A stretch of DNA of 64,000 nucleotides from Thermodesulfobium acidiphilum (GTDB lineage Bacteria > Thermodesulfobiota > Thermodesulfobiia > Thermodesulfobiales > Thermodesulfobiaceae): assembly GCF_003057965.1 (NCBI RefSeq), contig NZ_CP020921.1, positions 1,352,916-1,416,915 of the forward strand. Direction: 5' to 3'. Both the position numbers and the translations under genes were made by a program. Shown piece after piece: positions 27,808 to 38,142 of the stretch; the stretch's first letter is position 1, and each line of letters begins with the position of its first letter. The notes under the pieces were generated by a model. The model was not told the origin of the DNA. It worked only from the letters and a program-made list of their open reading frames with translations, and did not search any database.

Positions 27808-29903
27808 TCTGTCCCACCTCCAACGGTTAATCTCATATCAATTGCTACCGCTCCCTCTTCAAATACTCTTAATGGATTGATATCTAATTCTACAATTTCC
27901 GGGAAATCGGTAACCAGATTTGATACTCTTAGTATAGCATCAACAATCGCATTTTGATCAACACCTTTTTCACCTCTTATGCCTGATAGTAGCTTAAAGG
28001 ATTTAATTTCCCTTATCATATTCAATGCATCACTCTCAGAAACAGGGACTATTCTAAAAGAAACGTCCTTTAAGACCTCTACGTAGATACCCCCAAGACC
28101 GAACATAATCATATGGCCAAATTGAGGATCTTTAACAGAACCTATTATTACGTCTTTTCCAGGAGGAAGCATCTGTTGGATTGATACACCCCAAATTTCA
28201 GCATCAGGAAAGTATCTTCTAGCAGATATCATAATATCATCAAAAGCCCTAATCACTTCATCTTTATTTTTAAGGCCTACTTTTACTCCACCTACGTCAG
28301 TTTTATGTAAAATATCAGGAGATGCTATCTTCATAACTACTGGAAAACCTAATTCTTCTGCAAAATCACTCGCTTCAAGACTAGTGGTAGCAAGAAGCGT
28401 TTTCGGAAGAGAAAACCCATATCCCTCAAAAACTTCTCTTACTTCCCAATCACCCAAACTAGGCCTTTTTTTTCTATCTTCTGATCTCAAAGACTTCGCA
28501 GCTAGTTCAAATTTTGTATCAAACTTTCTGTATATGGGCTCAGGTTTATTTAACCAGACTCTTCTGTCGTGCATAGACTTAAAAACAAAGCCCGCCCTTT
28601 CCGGAAAAGAATAATTTGGAATGCTATTTTCCATTAAATATTTGGTAGCAGCCAATATTGTTTTCCCGCCCATAAATATTGAAAAAATTGGTTTTTTAGG
28701 ATCTTTAGCTCTAACAATACTTTCTGCAGTTTCCATTACCTGAGTATAAACTTGAGGAGTAAGTATTATCATAATTCCATCAACATTTTCATCCTTCAAA
28801 ACTTTACTCAGAGCAAATTCATATCTATCAGCTAGGGCATCACCAAGCACGTCTACAGGATTATAAACCGCGGCAGCAGAAGGGAGGTTTTTCCTCAATT
28901 CTTCTACAGTATCGTTTGAAAGATTTGCAATTCTCAATCCAAAATTCTCAATAGCATCAGAAGCCATGATGCCAGGTCCACCCGCATTAGTAACAATGGC
29001 AATATTGTTTCCGTTTAAAAGCGGCTGATATGCAAATCCAATTGCAAGGTCAAACAGATCTTCAACTGTAGACGCCCTTATAACTCCGCATTGTTTAAAA
29101 GCACAAGTATATGCCTGATCAGAACCAGCAAGAGAGCCGGTATGGCTTGTTGCAGCCTTTGCGCCAGCAGCCGTAGTGCCAGATTTTAGAACTATTATAG
29201 GTTTCACTTTAGAAGTTTTATATGCTATTTCCATAAAGGCTCTTCCATTATCAATGCTCTCCAGATACATCAATATTACATCTGTATAGCTGTCATCCTT
29301 TAAAACTTCTAAAAGATCTATCTCGTTAACGTCAGCCTTATTCCCAATGCTGATAAATTTTGAAAACCCAATATTGTTAGCTGCAGCCCAATCCATAATA
29401 GCAGTAGCAAAAGCGCCGGATTGTGATATAAAGCCAATATTACCCCTCTTTGGCATAAACGAAGCAAATGAAGCGTTAATGTTATTATGTGTATCAATTA
29501 AGCCTAAAACATTTGGACCAACAAGTCTAATATTATTTGATTTAACTATTTCTTTCAGTTCTCTTTCCAGCTTTGCGCCCTCTAATCCTGTTTCTTTAAA
29601 TCCTGCTGTAATAACTATAGCTCCCTTTATCCCTTTTTGAGCGCACTCTCTCATAACAGGATTTACAAATTTTGAAGGAATAACAAATACAGCAAGATCC
29701 AAATCGCCTGAAATATCTAAAACGCTTTTATAACACTTGTAACCCAAAATATAATCGGCTTTAGGGTTAATCGGATAAATATTTCCCTCATATCCTCCAT
29801 CTATAATGTTTTTTAACACCGCATAACCCAATTTTTTTTCCTCGTTTGAAGCTCCAATTATTGCAATAGATTTGGGCTTGAAAAACATATCTAATTTGTC
29901 CAT
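27804..29903 (-). CDS. acetate--CoA ligase (ADP-forming), fused alpha/beta
   Basis: IGAS, GPNVLG, SQSGA, SHTGSLAG, TNAGGPG, NPVD, HKTDVGGV, DINP. Confidence 0.92.
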   Translation of the reverse strand: MDKLDMFFKPKSIAIIGASNEEKKLGYAVLKNIIDGGYEGNIYPINPKADYILGYKCYKSVLDISGDLDLAVFVIPSKFVNPVMRECAQKGIKGAIVITAGFKETGLEGAKLERELKEIVKSNNIRLVGPNVLGLIDTHNNINASFASFMPKRGNIGFISQSGAFATAIMDWAAANNIGFSKFISIGNKADVNEIDLLEVLKDDSYTDVILMYLESIDNGRAFMEIAYKTSKVKPIIVLKSGTTAAGAKAATSHTGSLAGSDQAYTCAFKQCGVIRASTVEDLFDLAIGFAYQPLLNGNNIAIVTNAGGPGIMASDAIENFGLRIANLSNDTVEELRKNLPSAAAVYNPVDVLGDALADRYEFALSKVLKDENVDGIMIILTPQVYTQVMETAESIVRAKDPKKPIFSIFMGGKTILAATKYLMENSIPNYSFPERAGFVFKSMHDRRVWLNKPEPIYRKFDTKFELAAKSLRSEDRKKRPSLGDWEVREVFEGYGFSLPKTLLATTSLEASDFAEELGFPVVMKIASPDILHKTDVGGVKVGLKNKDEVIRAFDDIMISARRYFPDAEIWGVSIQQMLPPGKDVIIGSVKDPQFGHMIMFGLGGIYVEVLKDVSFRIVPVSESDALNMIREIKSFKLLSGIRGEKGVDQNAIVDAILRVSNLVTDFPEIVELDINPLRVFEEGAVAIDMRLTVGGGTE

Positions 29904-29962
29904 TTTATACTCATCGCCTCCATAATTTTTTAATAACAAATGTATTATTTATAAAATCTTAA

Positions 29963-31228
29963 TCAGAAAACGTACCTATCGGGAGAAAGAATATAATTGG
30001 GATCTACTGACTTTTTTAAAGAATCCATTAGTTCAACATAAATTTTGCCTGCCCTTTCAAGGAACAACTTTCTCTTTGGTTGCATTCCAAGCTGCCTTTC
30101 TGCGATTAATGAACCTTTTTGATTCAAAACTATTTTATAAATTTCATCGTCCTCTGATGGAACTTGCTTTCTAAAAACAAGCACCCCCCCATCCTGAGCG
30201 TGAAGCAAAAAATCATAATGCGCCTCTTCCAAATACTTTAAAAAATTTGGGCAAGCTTTAATTGGAAGGGTAACGTCATCAGCAAAAAGTTTATCATCTA
30301 ATGTTTTTTTCCCCATACTAAGTCTGTTTTCATACATAAAGTTGAAATCTTCTCCTTCGAATGTTTGCGCTTTATCTGACTTGCCAAATTTTAACATTTC
30401 TTGTTTTAATCTTTCTACCTCTAATTCTCTTCCCTCAATTAAAATAAACGCTAAATATTTTGAATCAACTTTCAAAATATAATTTGCAATTTTATTACTC
30501 ATAAAATCAAGCGCACTAACAAATATCTTCAAAGAATTAAAATCCTTTTTAAAATTAAAAAATTCATCAAGCGATTCAAAGGGTAAAATTATTATTGATC
30601 TTTTCTCTGGGAGTGGCAAAAGTTTGTACATAAGTTTAGTAAATATGCCTAGTGTACCCTCACTACCGATCCACGCTATTTTTGCATCATATCCAGAAAC
30701 GTTTTTAACAGTTTTTCCTCCTAATGTAATGATACCGTGAACTGGATTAACTAATTCAATTTGCATAGTGTTAAGTCTTGTATCTGAATATTTTGCAAAT
30801 CTCATACCTTGATAATTTTCTCCTGCTGCCCCACCAGCAGTCCCATTATAAGAAGAAAAAGAATCAATCGGGAAATAAAGGCCGGATCCTTCAACTTCAG
30901 AATAAATATCCTTTATCTTAGTTCCAGGTTCTACAGTAAGTACTAAATCGTGAGTATCCATTTCAATAATTTTGTTCATTTTTGAAAAATCAATTACTAA
31001 TGAATCTTTTGTAGCCTTAGCACCACCAGATAAGCTGCTCTTTGAACCTCTTGGAATAACCTTTATCTTCTCTTTATTTGCCCAAATAAGAACGTCAAGT
31101 ACATCCTTGCTACTTTCAGGATAAACTATAGAATAAGGTGTTTCATCTCTGAAATACGTATCGTTATCGAACAAATTTTTTTCTATCTTTTTTGGCTCCA
31201 ACAAGTATTTTTCACTCCTTTCTGTCAT
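29963..31228 (-). CDS. FAD-linked oxidase, degenerate GlcD paralog (GlcE-like)
   Basis: PRG..SSLSGG, KNVSGYD, GSEGTLG retained; catalytic C-terminal motifs altered; start uncertain. Confidence 0.8.
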   Translation of the reverse strand: MTERSEKYLLEPKKIEKNLFDNDTYFRDETPYSIVYPESSKDVLDVLIWANKEKIKVIPRGSKSSLSGGAKATKDSLVIDFSKMNKIIEMDTHDLVLTVEPGTKIKDIYSEVEGSGLYFPIDSFSSYNGTAGGAAGENYQGMRFAKYSDTRLNTMQIELVNPVHGIITLGGKTVKNVSGYDAKIAWIGSEGTLGIFTKLMYKLLPLPEKRSIIILPFESLDEFFNFKKDFNSLKIFVSALDFMSNKIANYILKVDSKYLAFILIEGRELEVERLKQEMLKFGKSDKAQTFEGEDFNFMYENRLSMGKKTLDDKLFADDVTLPIKACPNFLKYLEEAHYDFLLHAQDGGVLVFRKQVPSEDDEIYKIVLNQKGSLIAERQLGMQPKRKLFLERAGKIYVELMDSLKKSVDPNYILSPDRYVF

Positions 31229-31247
31229 ATCAACATAATCCAAACCC

Positions 31248-32561
31248 TCAAAGATTATTCTGTTTTCCTTTTTTAATCTCATCCCACAAAAGACAAACTG
31301 TATGCTTTGTATCTATATTTAATCCTTCTTGTTTAAGAGCACCTGAAATTTGTGCCCTACATCCAGGACATCCAAGAGCTACAACCTTTGCACCAGTATT
31401 TTTTATAGCTTCTCTCTTTCTATTAACTATGCTGGTAGAAATATCTTGATAATAAACTGTAAATCCTCCCCCCTCACCACAACACTTTGTTGAATTTTCC
31501 ATTTCCACAAATTCATAAGAAGGCATTATATCTAAAAGTTCTCTCGGCTGTTTAAACACACCTTGAAGTCTGTTTAAGTGACAGGCATCATGATAAGTTA
31601 CTTTTACTTTCTCCTGTATATTTTTTGGCAACATCTTCTTCAGGTCAACCAAATGTCTCTCGGCTAAAAATTCAGATATATCATATACCTTTGCACCAAG
31701 AGTGCTCGCATCGTCCTCTTTTGTTATCTCAGGATAAACATCTTTCAAAGCTGACCCTCCTGTAGCGCAAGAAATTATGATTGCATCTAGCTTATACCTC
31801 TTAAATGCGCTTGAATTTTGTGCTATCTTTTGTTTCAGAGTTTCAAAATCTCCCGCACCATAATGAGGAAAACCGCAACATCCCTGACCTTTTGGAATTA
31901 TTACTCTATAACCCAAAGAAAGAAGAATGTTTACCGATGCCTCAGCAACGTCCTGGAAAACACTATTTTGGGCACAACCTACAAAATATCCAATATCTCC
32001 TAAAGGTATACCCTTCGGTTCTAGCACCTCAGGAAATCTATCCGTAAATGGTCTCGAAGGAATATCTGACAAATCCACAAAAGAAAGTCTCTCCACACTT
32101 TTTCCTAAGATTTTTGGAATCGACAAAGACCTTGCAATACTAAAGAGTTTTAATCTATTTGCAAGAGAGAGAATCCCAGTTAATGAAGAAAGCTTTCCTT
32201 CGCCTAAAAGCTTTCTGTATATCACAGATTTGATCCAGGGCATATTAAACCTTTTTACCATCTCAGCGCGTGCTGCAGCAAAAACCTTATCAGGAGAAAG
32301 CCCTACCGGACAGGCTTGAGCACATGCGTGACAAAGCAAACATTTATTGAAAATCATTTCAATTTTATGATTTGGCTCAAGCTTACCATGTAATAAGGCT
32401 TCTGATAGTGCAAGTTTACCTCTTGCACAACCTGTCTCAAGAGAATCCTCATAATAGACAGGACATGTACTTTGACACATTCCACACTTCATACACCTAA
32501 TTATTTGTTCTTCATAATACCCTTCTAACAGAGGTAAAGAATTGTCATTAGATGTAGTCAA
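31248..32561 (-). CDS. GlcF-like Fe-S subunit (2x[4Fe-4S] plus CCG domains)
   Basis: CMKCGMCQSTCP, CLLCHACAQACP, CCG, YHDACH, CCGEGG, CPGC. Confidence 0.92.
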   Translation of the reverse strand: MTTSNDNSLPLLEGYYEEQIIRCMKCGMCQSTCPVYYEDSLETGCARGKLALSEALLHGKLEPNHKIEMIFNKCLLCHACAQACPVGLSPDKVFAAARAEMVKRFNMPWIKSVIYRKLLGEGKLSSLTGILSLANRLKLFSIARSLSIPKILGKSVERLSFVDLSDIPSRPFTDRFPEVLEPKGIPLGDIGYFVGCAQNSVFQDVAEASVNILLSLGYRVIIPKGQGCCGFPHYGAGDFETLKQKIAQNSSAFKRYKLDAIIISCATGGSALKDVYPEITKEDDASTLGAKVYDISEFLAERHLVDLKKMLPKNIQEKVKVTYHDACHLNRLQGVFKQPRELLDIMPSYEFVEMENSTKCCGEGGGFTVYYQDISTSIVNRKREAIKNTGAKVVALGCPGCRAQISGALKQEGLNIDTKHTVCLLWDEIKKGKQNNL

Positions 32562-33954
32562 GATGAACCTCCTTAGTACTTACGATCTTATTTGGATTTA
32601 ATTTGTTATCTGGATCAAGTGCTTTCTTTATATCTCTAAAGAAACTAATACCCTCTTTTTTAAATTCATTTTCCATAAAAGGCGCTTTTACTATTCCTAT
32701 TCCGTGCTCACCAGTTAAAGTGCCACCTAATTCAATACAATAATCAAATATCTCTTTGATAGCCATATCAACTTTTTTCATCTCTTCTTTGTTTCTTCTG
32801 TCAACAAGGATCGTTGGATGAAGATTTCCATCTCCAGCATGACCAAAGCTCCCTATCATTAAATTATATTTGTCCTGAATACCGTGAATCTTTTCAAGCA
32901 TTTCTGAAACCTTACTCCTAGGAACAGTTGCATCTTCTAATATGGTGGTGGGTTTGAGTCTTGCAAGAACAGGCAGTGCAGCCCTTCTTGCTTCCATAAG
33001 ATCTAATCTTTCTACATCATTTTTAGCAATAGAAATTGACCTTGCCCCAACATCTATACATATTTTTTCTAAAATATTTGCTGATGCTTCCACATCTTCT
33101 GGTTCTCCATCAACTTCTATAAGTAAAAGTGCCTCAATATCTCTCGGAAGACCAATTTTTTTAAAGTCTTCTATCGCATTTATAGTAATTTTATCTAAAA
33201 ATTCCATTGTAGATGGAATAATTTTGTTTTCTATAATTTTTGCTACTGCATTCCCAGCTTTAGCTACTCTATCATACAACACCAAAAAGGTTTTTCTCGC
33301 TTTTGCAGGATATATGAGTTTTACAGCTATCTTAGTTACTATTCCAAGCGTACCCTCTGAACCAACAAATAAATGAGTTAAATCAAAACCAGGAGAACCT
33401 CTCAGTGATGAAAAACTCCCCGTTGTTATAATATCCCCATTTGGAAGAACTACCTCGAGACCTATGATATAATCCTTTGTAGTACCATATTTTAAAGCCC
33501 TAAGGCCCCCAGCACCTTCACATACACAACCACCAATAGTAGCAACTGCAAGACTTCCAGGATCTGGTGGATAAAAAAGACCTTTTTTTGCAACCTCACA
33601 ATCAAGAGTTGCAGCAATTACACCTGGCTCAACAATAGCTATTCTATTTTCAACATCTATGTCAATGATTCTGTTTAACCTGTTCAATTCTATCACTATA
33701 CCACCATCAACTGGAATTGAACCTCCGCTAAGGTTTGTTCCTGAACCTCTTGGATAAACGTTTATATTGTTCTTTCTAGCAAATTTTATTATCTTTGAAA
33801 CCTCTTCAGGACTGTGAACAATTACAACCAGATCTGGGATTCTATGTAGCTGAGTAGCATCATAAGAATAAAGCATTAATTCACTTTCATCTACTAATAC
33901 ATTTGAATCCCCAACAATATCCGTTAATTCTTTTATTTTAACTTTATCCAACAA
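32548..33954 (-). CDS. FAD-linked glycolate/D-lactate dehydrogenase subunit (GlcD-like)
   Basis: PRGSGTNLSGG, YPPDPGS, KYGTT, GSEGTLG, GHAGDGNLHP, GEHGIG, LNPNK; TTG start after AGGAGG. Confidence 0.93.
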   Translation of the reverse strand: MLDKVKIKELTDIVGDSNVLVDESELMLYSYDATQLHRIPDLVVIVHSPEEVSKIIKFARKNNINVYPRGSGTNLSGGSIPVDGGIVIELNRLNRIIDIDVENRIAIVEPGVIAATLDCEVAKKGLFYPPDPGSLAVATIGGCVCEGAGGLRALKYGTTKDYIIGLEVVLPNGDIITTGSFSSLRGSPGFDLTHLFVGSEGTLGIVTKIAVKLIYPAKARKTFLVLYDRVAKAGNAVAKIIENKIIPSTMEFLDKITINAIEDFKKIGLPRDIEALLLIEVDGEPEDVEASANILEKICIDVGARSISIAKNDVERLDLMEARRAALPVLARLKPTTILEDATVPRSKVSEMLEKIHGIQDKYNLMIGSFGHAGDGNLHPTILVDRRNKEEMKKVDMAIKEIFDYCIELGGTLTGEHGIGIVKAPFMENEFKKEGISFFRDIKKALDPDNKLNPNKIVSTKEVHLDYI

Positions 33955-34166
33955 GATATCACCTCCTGCTAGCATTTTACAACTATTTTTATAAATAAAT
34001 TGCATGTTATTAAATTCAGACAATTCGCAACATTATATGTAGTATTTCAGAATAAAATATACCAGCATATTAAAATCCCAGTTTGATTTTATTTTTTTTG
34101 TTTAAAAATAAACTTTAATAAAAAAATTTGAAGTTAATCAAGTATCTTAAAATTCTGAACAGTTTA

Positions 34167-34853
34167 TTACTTCACTGCAATATAAATAGTACTAACCCCC
34201 GCACACACATGTGCAATATAAACCTTTTTAAAACCTACGCGTTTTAATAAAAGGGTAATCTTTTCAGGCGATAAAAAAGCTCTAAGAGATTGCCCAAGAT
34301 ATTCATATTCTTCTCTACAGCCTATTTTTTCTCCAAAAAAGGGTAAAATTTTATCTAAATAAAACCAAAATAAATTTTTAAAAATTTTTGGTTCAGAAAG
34401 TTCAAGAAAACCAAAAACTCCTGGTTTCTTTGTAATTCTATATATTTCCTTAAAAGATCTCTCTATATCTTCTAGATTCCTCACGGTATAAGAAGAAATA
34501 ATCGCACCAAAGGATTCATTTTCAAAAGGCATGTCTTCAGCAAAAGATTTTACAATTTCTACATTTTTTATGTTGTTTCTCTCTATCCTTTGCCTTAGTT
34601 TCTTAATCATATTATCGTTTATATCGAGAGCTACAACTCTAACGTCTGGATATCTTTTTTTAACCAAAAAAACCAAATCACCAGTTCCACTACCTATATC
34701 AAGGACGTCTGAGCCTTTATAAAATTTAAAAGTTTCCTTGATAAGCAAGTTTTTCCAATCCCTGTGCATACCAAGCGTCATAAAATCATTCATATAATCG
34801 TAAACGTTCGATATCTTAGAAAACGTTTCCAGAACCAATTCTTTTTTTGGCAA
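34167..34853 (-). CDS. UbiE/MenG family methyltransferase
   Basis: F..I...YD.MND.M.LG.H..WK, LDIGSGTGD, AEDMPF, RN, YEYL..S. Confidence 0.88.
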   Translation of the reverse strand: MPKKELVLETFSKISNVYDYMNDFMTLGMHRDWKNLLIKETFKFYKGSDVLDIGSGTGDLVFLVKKRYPDVRVVALDINDNMIKKLRQRIERNNIKNVEIVKSFAEDMPFENESFGAIISSYTVRNLEDIERSFKEIYRITKKPGVFGFLELSEPKIFKNLFWFYLDKILPFFGEKIGCREEYEYLGQSLRAFLSPEKITLLLKRVGFKKVYIAHVCAGVSTIYIAVK

Positions 34854-34854
34854 T

Positions 34855-36099
34855 TTAACCTCTAAATTTCTTAATTATTAAACAAGCATTATGTCCGCCA
34901 AACCCAAAAGAATTAGATATAGCATATTCACACCTTTTCATATTCTGACCATTATTTGGTACAAGGTTCAATCCTTCAGCCTCGTCACAAGGATCTTCAA
35001 GATTAATAGTAGGAGGTACAAAGTTTTCTCTCACGGACATAATTGTAGCAATTAGTTCTACAGCACCAGCTGCACCAAGCAAATGTCCTATCATAGATTT
35101 ATTTGAAGTAATAAAAATATTTTTCGCATGGTCTTTAAAAACTCTCTTTATAGCTTTTAATTCACCTTCATCACCAGCAGGGGTGCTTGTGGCATGCGCA
35201 TTAACCAAATCTATCTCTTCATATGAAATGGATGCATCTCTCAAAGCTCTATTTATACACGTATATGCACCATCACCTGAAGGATCCGGAGCTGCCATAT
35301 GATATGCATCGCAGGACGCACCGTAACCCACAAGTTCGGCATAAATCTTTGCACCCCTTTTCAAAGCGTGTTCTAACTCTTCTAAAACTATTATGCCAGA
35401 TCCTTCTCCCATTACAAACCCATCTCTTGATTTATCAAATGGTCTACTTGCAAGTTCTGGCGTGTCGTTTCTACAGGTAGACAATGCTCTCATCACACAA
35501 AAACCATTTATTGCAAGTGGAGTAACAGCAGCTTCTGCCCCTCCACAAAGCATAATATCAGCATCTCCGTAAACTATACTTCTAAATGCTTCTCCAATAG
35601 CGTGATTACTTGAAGCACAAGCTGAAACAGGCGCAAAATTAGGCCCCTTCAATCCAAATTTAATAGCTACGTATCCGGAAGCCATATTTACTATCATCAT
35701 GGGAACCATAAATGGCGATCCTTTCATCGGTCCTTTTTCATAGAGAACCACAGCCTGTTCTTCCATAATATCTATTCCGCCAACTCCTGAACCGATACAT
35801 ACGCCTATATTAGATCTATCAACAATATCCAAAAGCCCTGAATCTTCAATTGCTTCTTGAGCAGCAGCCACCGCAAATTGAACAAACTTAGAAGTACGTC
35901 TTACGTCCTTTTTATCAAAATACTTCTCAGGAGCAAAATTTCTAACTCTACCAGCAATCATAGATGGAAATTCCTGTTTAAAATCATCAATTTTAATTAT
36001 ACCACTTTTCCCATTTTTAAGCATATTCCAAAACATATCTACATTATTACCAAGAGGGGTAACACAACCCATCCCTGTAACAACTACGCGCTTTCTCAT
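34855..36099 (-). CDS. fabF: beta-ketoacyl-ACP synthase II
   Basis: RRVVVTGMG-like start, SACAS, NAHATST, KSMIGHLLGAAG, SNSFGFGGHN. Confidence 0.96.
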   Translation of the reverse strand: MRKRVVVTGMGCVTPLGNNVDMFWNMLKNGKSGIIKIDDFKQEFPSMIAGRVRNFAPEKYFDKKDVRRTSKFVQFAVAAAQEAIEDSGLLDIVDRSNIGVCIGSGVGGIDIMEEQAVVLYEKGPMKGSPFMVPMMIVNMASGYVAIKFGLKGPNFAPVSACASSNHAIGEAFRSIVYGDADIMLCGGAEAAVTPLAINGFCVMRALSTCRNDTPELASRPFDKSRDGFVMGEGSGIIVLEELEHALKRGAKIYAELVGYGASCDAYHMAAPDPSGDGAYTCINRALRDASISYEEIDLVNAHATSTPAGDEGELKAIKRVFKDHAKNIFITSNKSMIGHLLGAAGAVELIATIMSVRENFVPPTINLEDPCDEAEGLNLVPNNGQNMKRCEYAISNSFGFGGHNACLIIKKFRG

Positions 36100-37061
36100 G
36101 ACAGCTCCTCCTCGGCTTCATGTACAAAATTTTCTATAATTGTCTTCACGGGAAGAATATCATTATACCTGAAAACGTTTGAACCGCTGAAGAAAAGCCC
36201 ATTCTCATAATCACCAAGCCTTGCCGATTCTAGAGCTAATCTTATACAAAAAGATCGAGTACACTTTTTTATACAACCCTCACATACTTTCGGCTTAGGG
36301 GGATTACCTTCAATAATCTTTTTTGATAACGGGGTAAGAATAGCCCTTCCAGGAAAACCCACCGAACTCATTATCTTAACCACATCTTCAGCTTTTGCCT
36401 CTAATAAAACCTTTTTAAAGACAGGACTAACGTCACATTCTTCTGAAAGAATAAATCTTGTAGCTACCTGAACCCCACTAGCTCCCATCTTTAAAGCTCT
36501 AGCCATTTCTTTGCCAGAATAAATTCCACCAGCTACTATAAGCGGAATAGAAATAACTTCCAAAATTTCAGGCATAATGTCCCAGGTAGATCTGTCAGTA
36601 CCCAGATGACCTCCTGCTTCTGTACCTTCGAGTATTATTGCACTTGCTCCCAACTTCTCGGCAAGTTTGGCCAATTTAGCAGAAGAAACAATGGGTAAAA
36701 TAGGCGTTTCAGATTCTTTAGCCCATTTATAGATGTCTCTCGAGAATCCAGCACCAGTAGCAATAAAATCGATTCCCTCTGCAATAGCTGTCTTAACAAC
36801 TCTCTCAAATTGGCTATAAGCAAACATTACATTTATACCAATAGCTCCATTACCTTCAGAGATCTCTCTTGCCAATTTGATTTGATTTATAAGTTCTTCA
36901 TCACCCATTCCAGTTGCAGCAATAATGCCACCTGCACCTTCCCTTGCCACAGCTCCTGCAAGGGGTGCAGTGGATACTCTAATAGCCATTCCCCCCTGCA
37001 AAATTGGCAGGGGGATAGTTATTTTTCCAATTTTAAGCGGTTTAAGGATACTGCTCTTCAA
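36096..37061 (-). CDS. FabK/nitronate monooxygenase family flavoprotein (probable enoyl-ACP reductase)
   Basis: QGGMA, EAGGHLG, AGGI, GVQVATRF, C..C...C...FCI cluster; lies within the fab operon. Confidence 0.85.
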   Translation of the reverse strand: MKSSILKPLKIGKITIPLPILQGGMAIRVSTAPLAGAVAREGAGGIIAATGMGDEELINQIKLAREISEGNGAIGINVMFAYSQFERVVKTAIAEGIDFIATGAGFSRDIYKWAKESETPILPIVSSAKLAKLAEKLGASAIILEGTEAGGHLGTDRSTWDIMPEILEVISIPLIVAGGIYSGKEMARALKMGASGVQVATRFILSEECDVSPVFKKVLLEAKAEDVVKIMSSVGFPGRAILTPLSKKIIEGNPPKPKVCEGCIKKCTRSFCIRLALESARLGDYENGLFFSGSNVFRYNDILPVKTIIENFVHEAEEELS

Positions 37062-37131
37062 ATTTTGCTTACTCCCAAAAAAATTTATAATAACCAAACA
37101 AATTTTTAAATTTATTTTAAATTAAGAATTT

Positions 37132-37377
37132 CTATTCTCCTACTTTCTCGTATAGGAATTTTACAGCATCTCCAACGGTTTTAATTTTCTCAACCTCTTT
37201 ATCTGGAATTTCAACTCCGAATTCCTCCTCAAAAGCCATAACCATCTCAACTGTGTCCAAAGAGTCAGCTCCCAAATCATCAACAAAGGAAGAATTCATT
37301 TCTATTGTTCCCTCTTCTATTCCAAGCTGATTTGAAATAATCTTTTTAACTCTATCAAATATTTCATTCTCACTCAT
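37132..37377 (-). CDS. acpP: acyl carrier protein
   Basis: [22 protein letters not shown]. Confidence 0.97.
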   Translation of the reverse strand: MSENEIFDRVKKIISNQLGIEEGTIEMNSSFVDDLGADSLDTVEMVMAFEEEFGVEIPDKEVEKIKTVGDAVKFLYEKVGE

Positions 37378-37398
37378 TAAGTTCACCTCCTTTCAAAT

Positions 37399-38142
37399 TT
37401 AAAACATGCCACCATTTACAGAAATAATCTGCCCCGTCACATAATTCGCAGATTTAGCCAACCACAGTGCAACATCAGCAACGTCTTCAGGAGTACCGAG
37501 CCTACCCAAGGCAATCGATGAAAGTAGTTTGTTTTTTATCTCATCGGAAAGCCCTGATGTCATATCTGTAACAATATAACCAGGAGCAATAGAATTGACA
37601 AGTATTCCTCTTGAACCTAGTTCTTTTGCAAGAGACTTCGTCAAACCAAATAATCCTGCTTTTGAAGCAGAATAATTAGCTTGACCTGGATTCCCTATTT
37701 GTCCAATAACTGAAGAAATATTTATAATTCTGCCACTCTTTTGTTTTATCATCCTCTTAGCAGCCTCCTTTGAACACAAAAAAGCAGCTTTAAGATTAAC
37801 ATCTATTACCTCATCCCATTGGGATTCTGTCATTCTTAGTATTAATGCGTCTCTAGTTATTCCAGCATTATTCACAAGGATGTCTATTCTACCAAATAAA
37901 TTATCCACTTGTTCGAAAAGCGCTTTTACTTCAGCCTCTCTTTCAACTGAAGCCTTAAAAATTTCAGCTGTACATCCCATACTGATTAATTCTTCTTTAA
38001 TTTCTTTAGCTGCCTCGTCTTTAGAAGCATAATTAATCAAAACCTTCGCTCCATCCATAGCAAAGGCTTTAGCTATAGCTTTACCTATGCCTCTGCTCGA
38101 ACCAGTAACTAGAGCCACCTTTCCTTCTAATGTCATATTCAA
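37399..38142 (-). CDS. fabG: 3-oxoacyl-ACP reductase
   Basis: TGSSRGIG, NNAGITRD, YSASK. Confidence 0.96.
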   Translation of the reverse strand: MNMTLEGKVALVTGSSRGIGKAIAKAFAMDGAKVLINYASKDEAAKEIKEELISMGCTAEIFKASVEREAEVKALFEQVDNLFGRIDILVNNAGITRDALILRMTESQWDEVIDVNLKAAFLCSKEAAKRMIKQKSGRIINISSVIGQIGNPGQANYSASKAGLFGLTKSLAKELGSRGILVNSIAPGYIVTDMTSGLSDEIKNKLLSSIALGRLGTPEDVADVALWLAKSANYVTGQIISVNGGMF

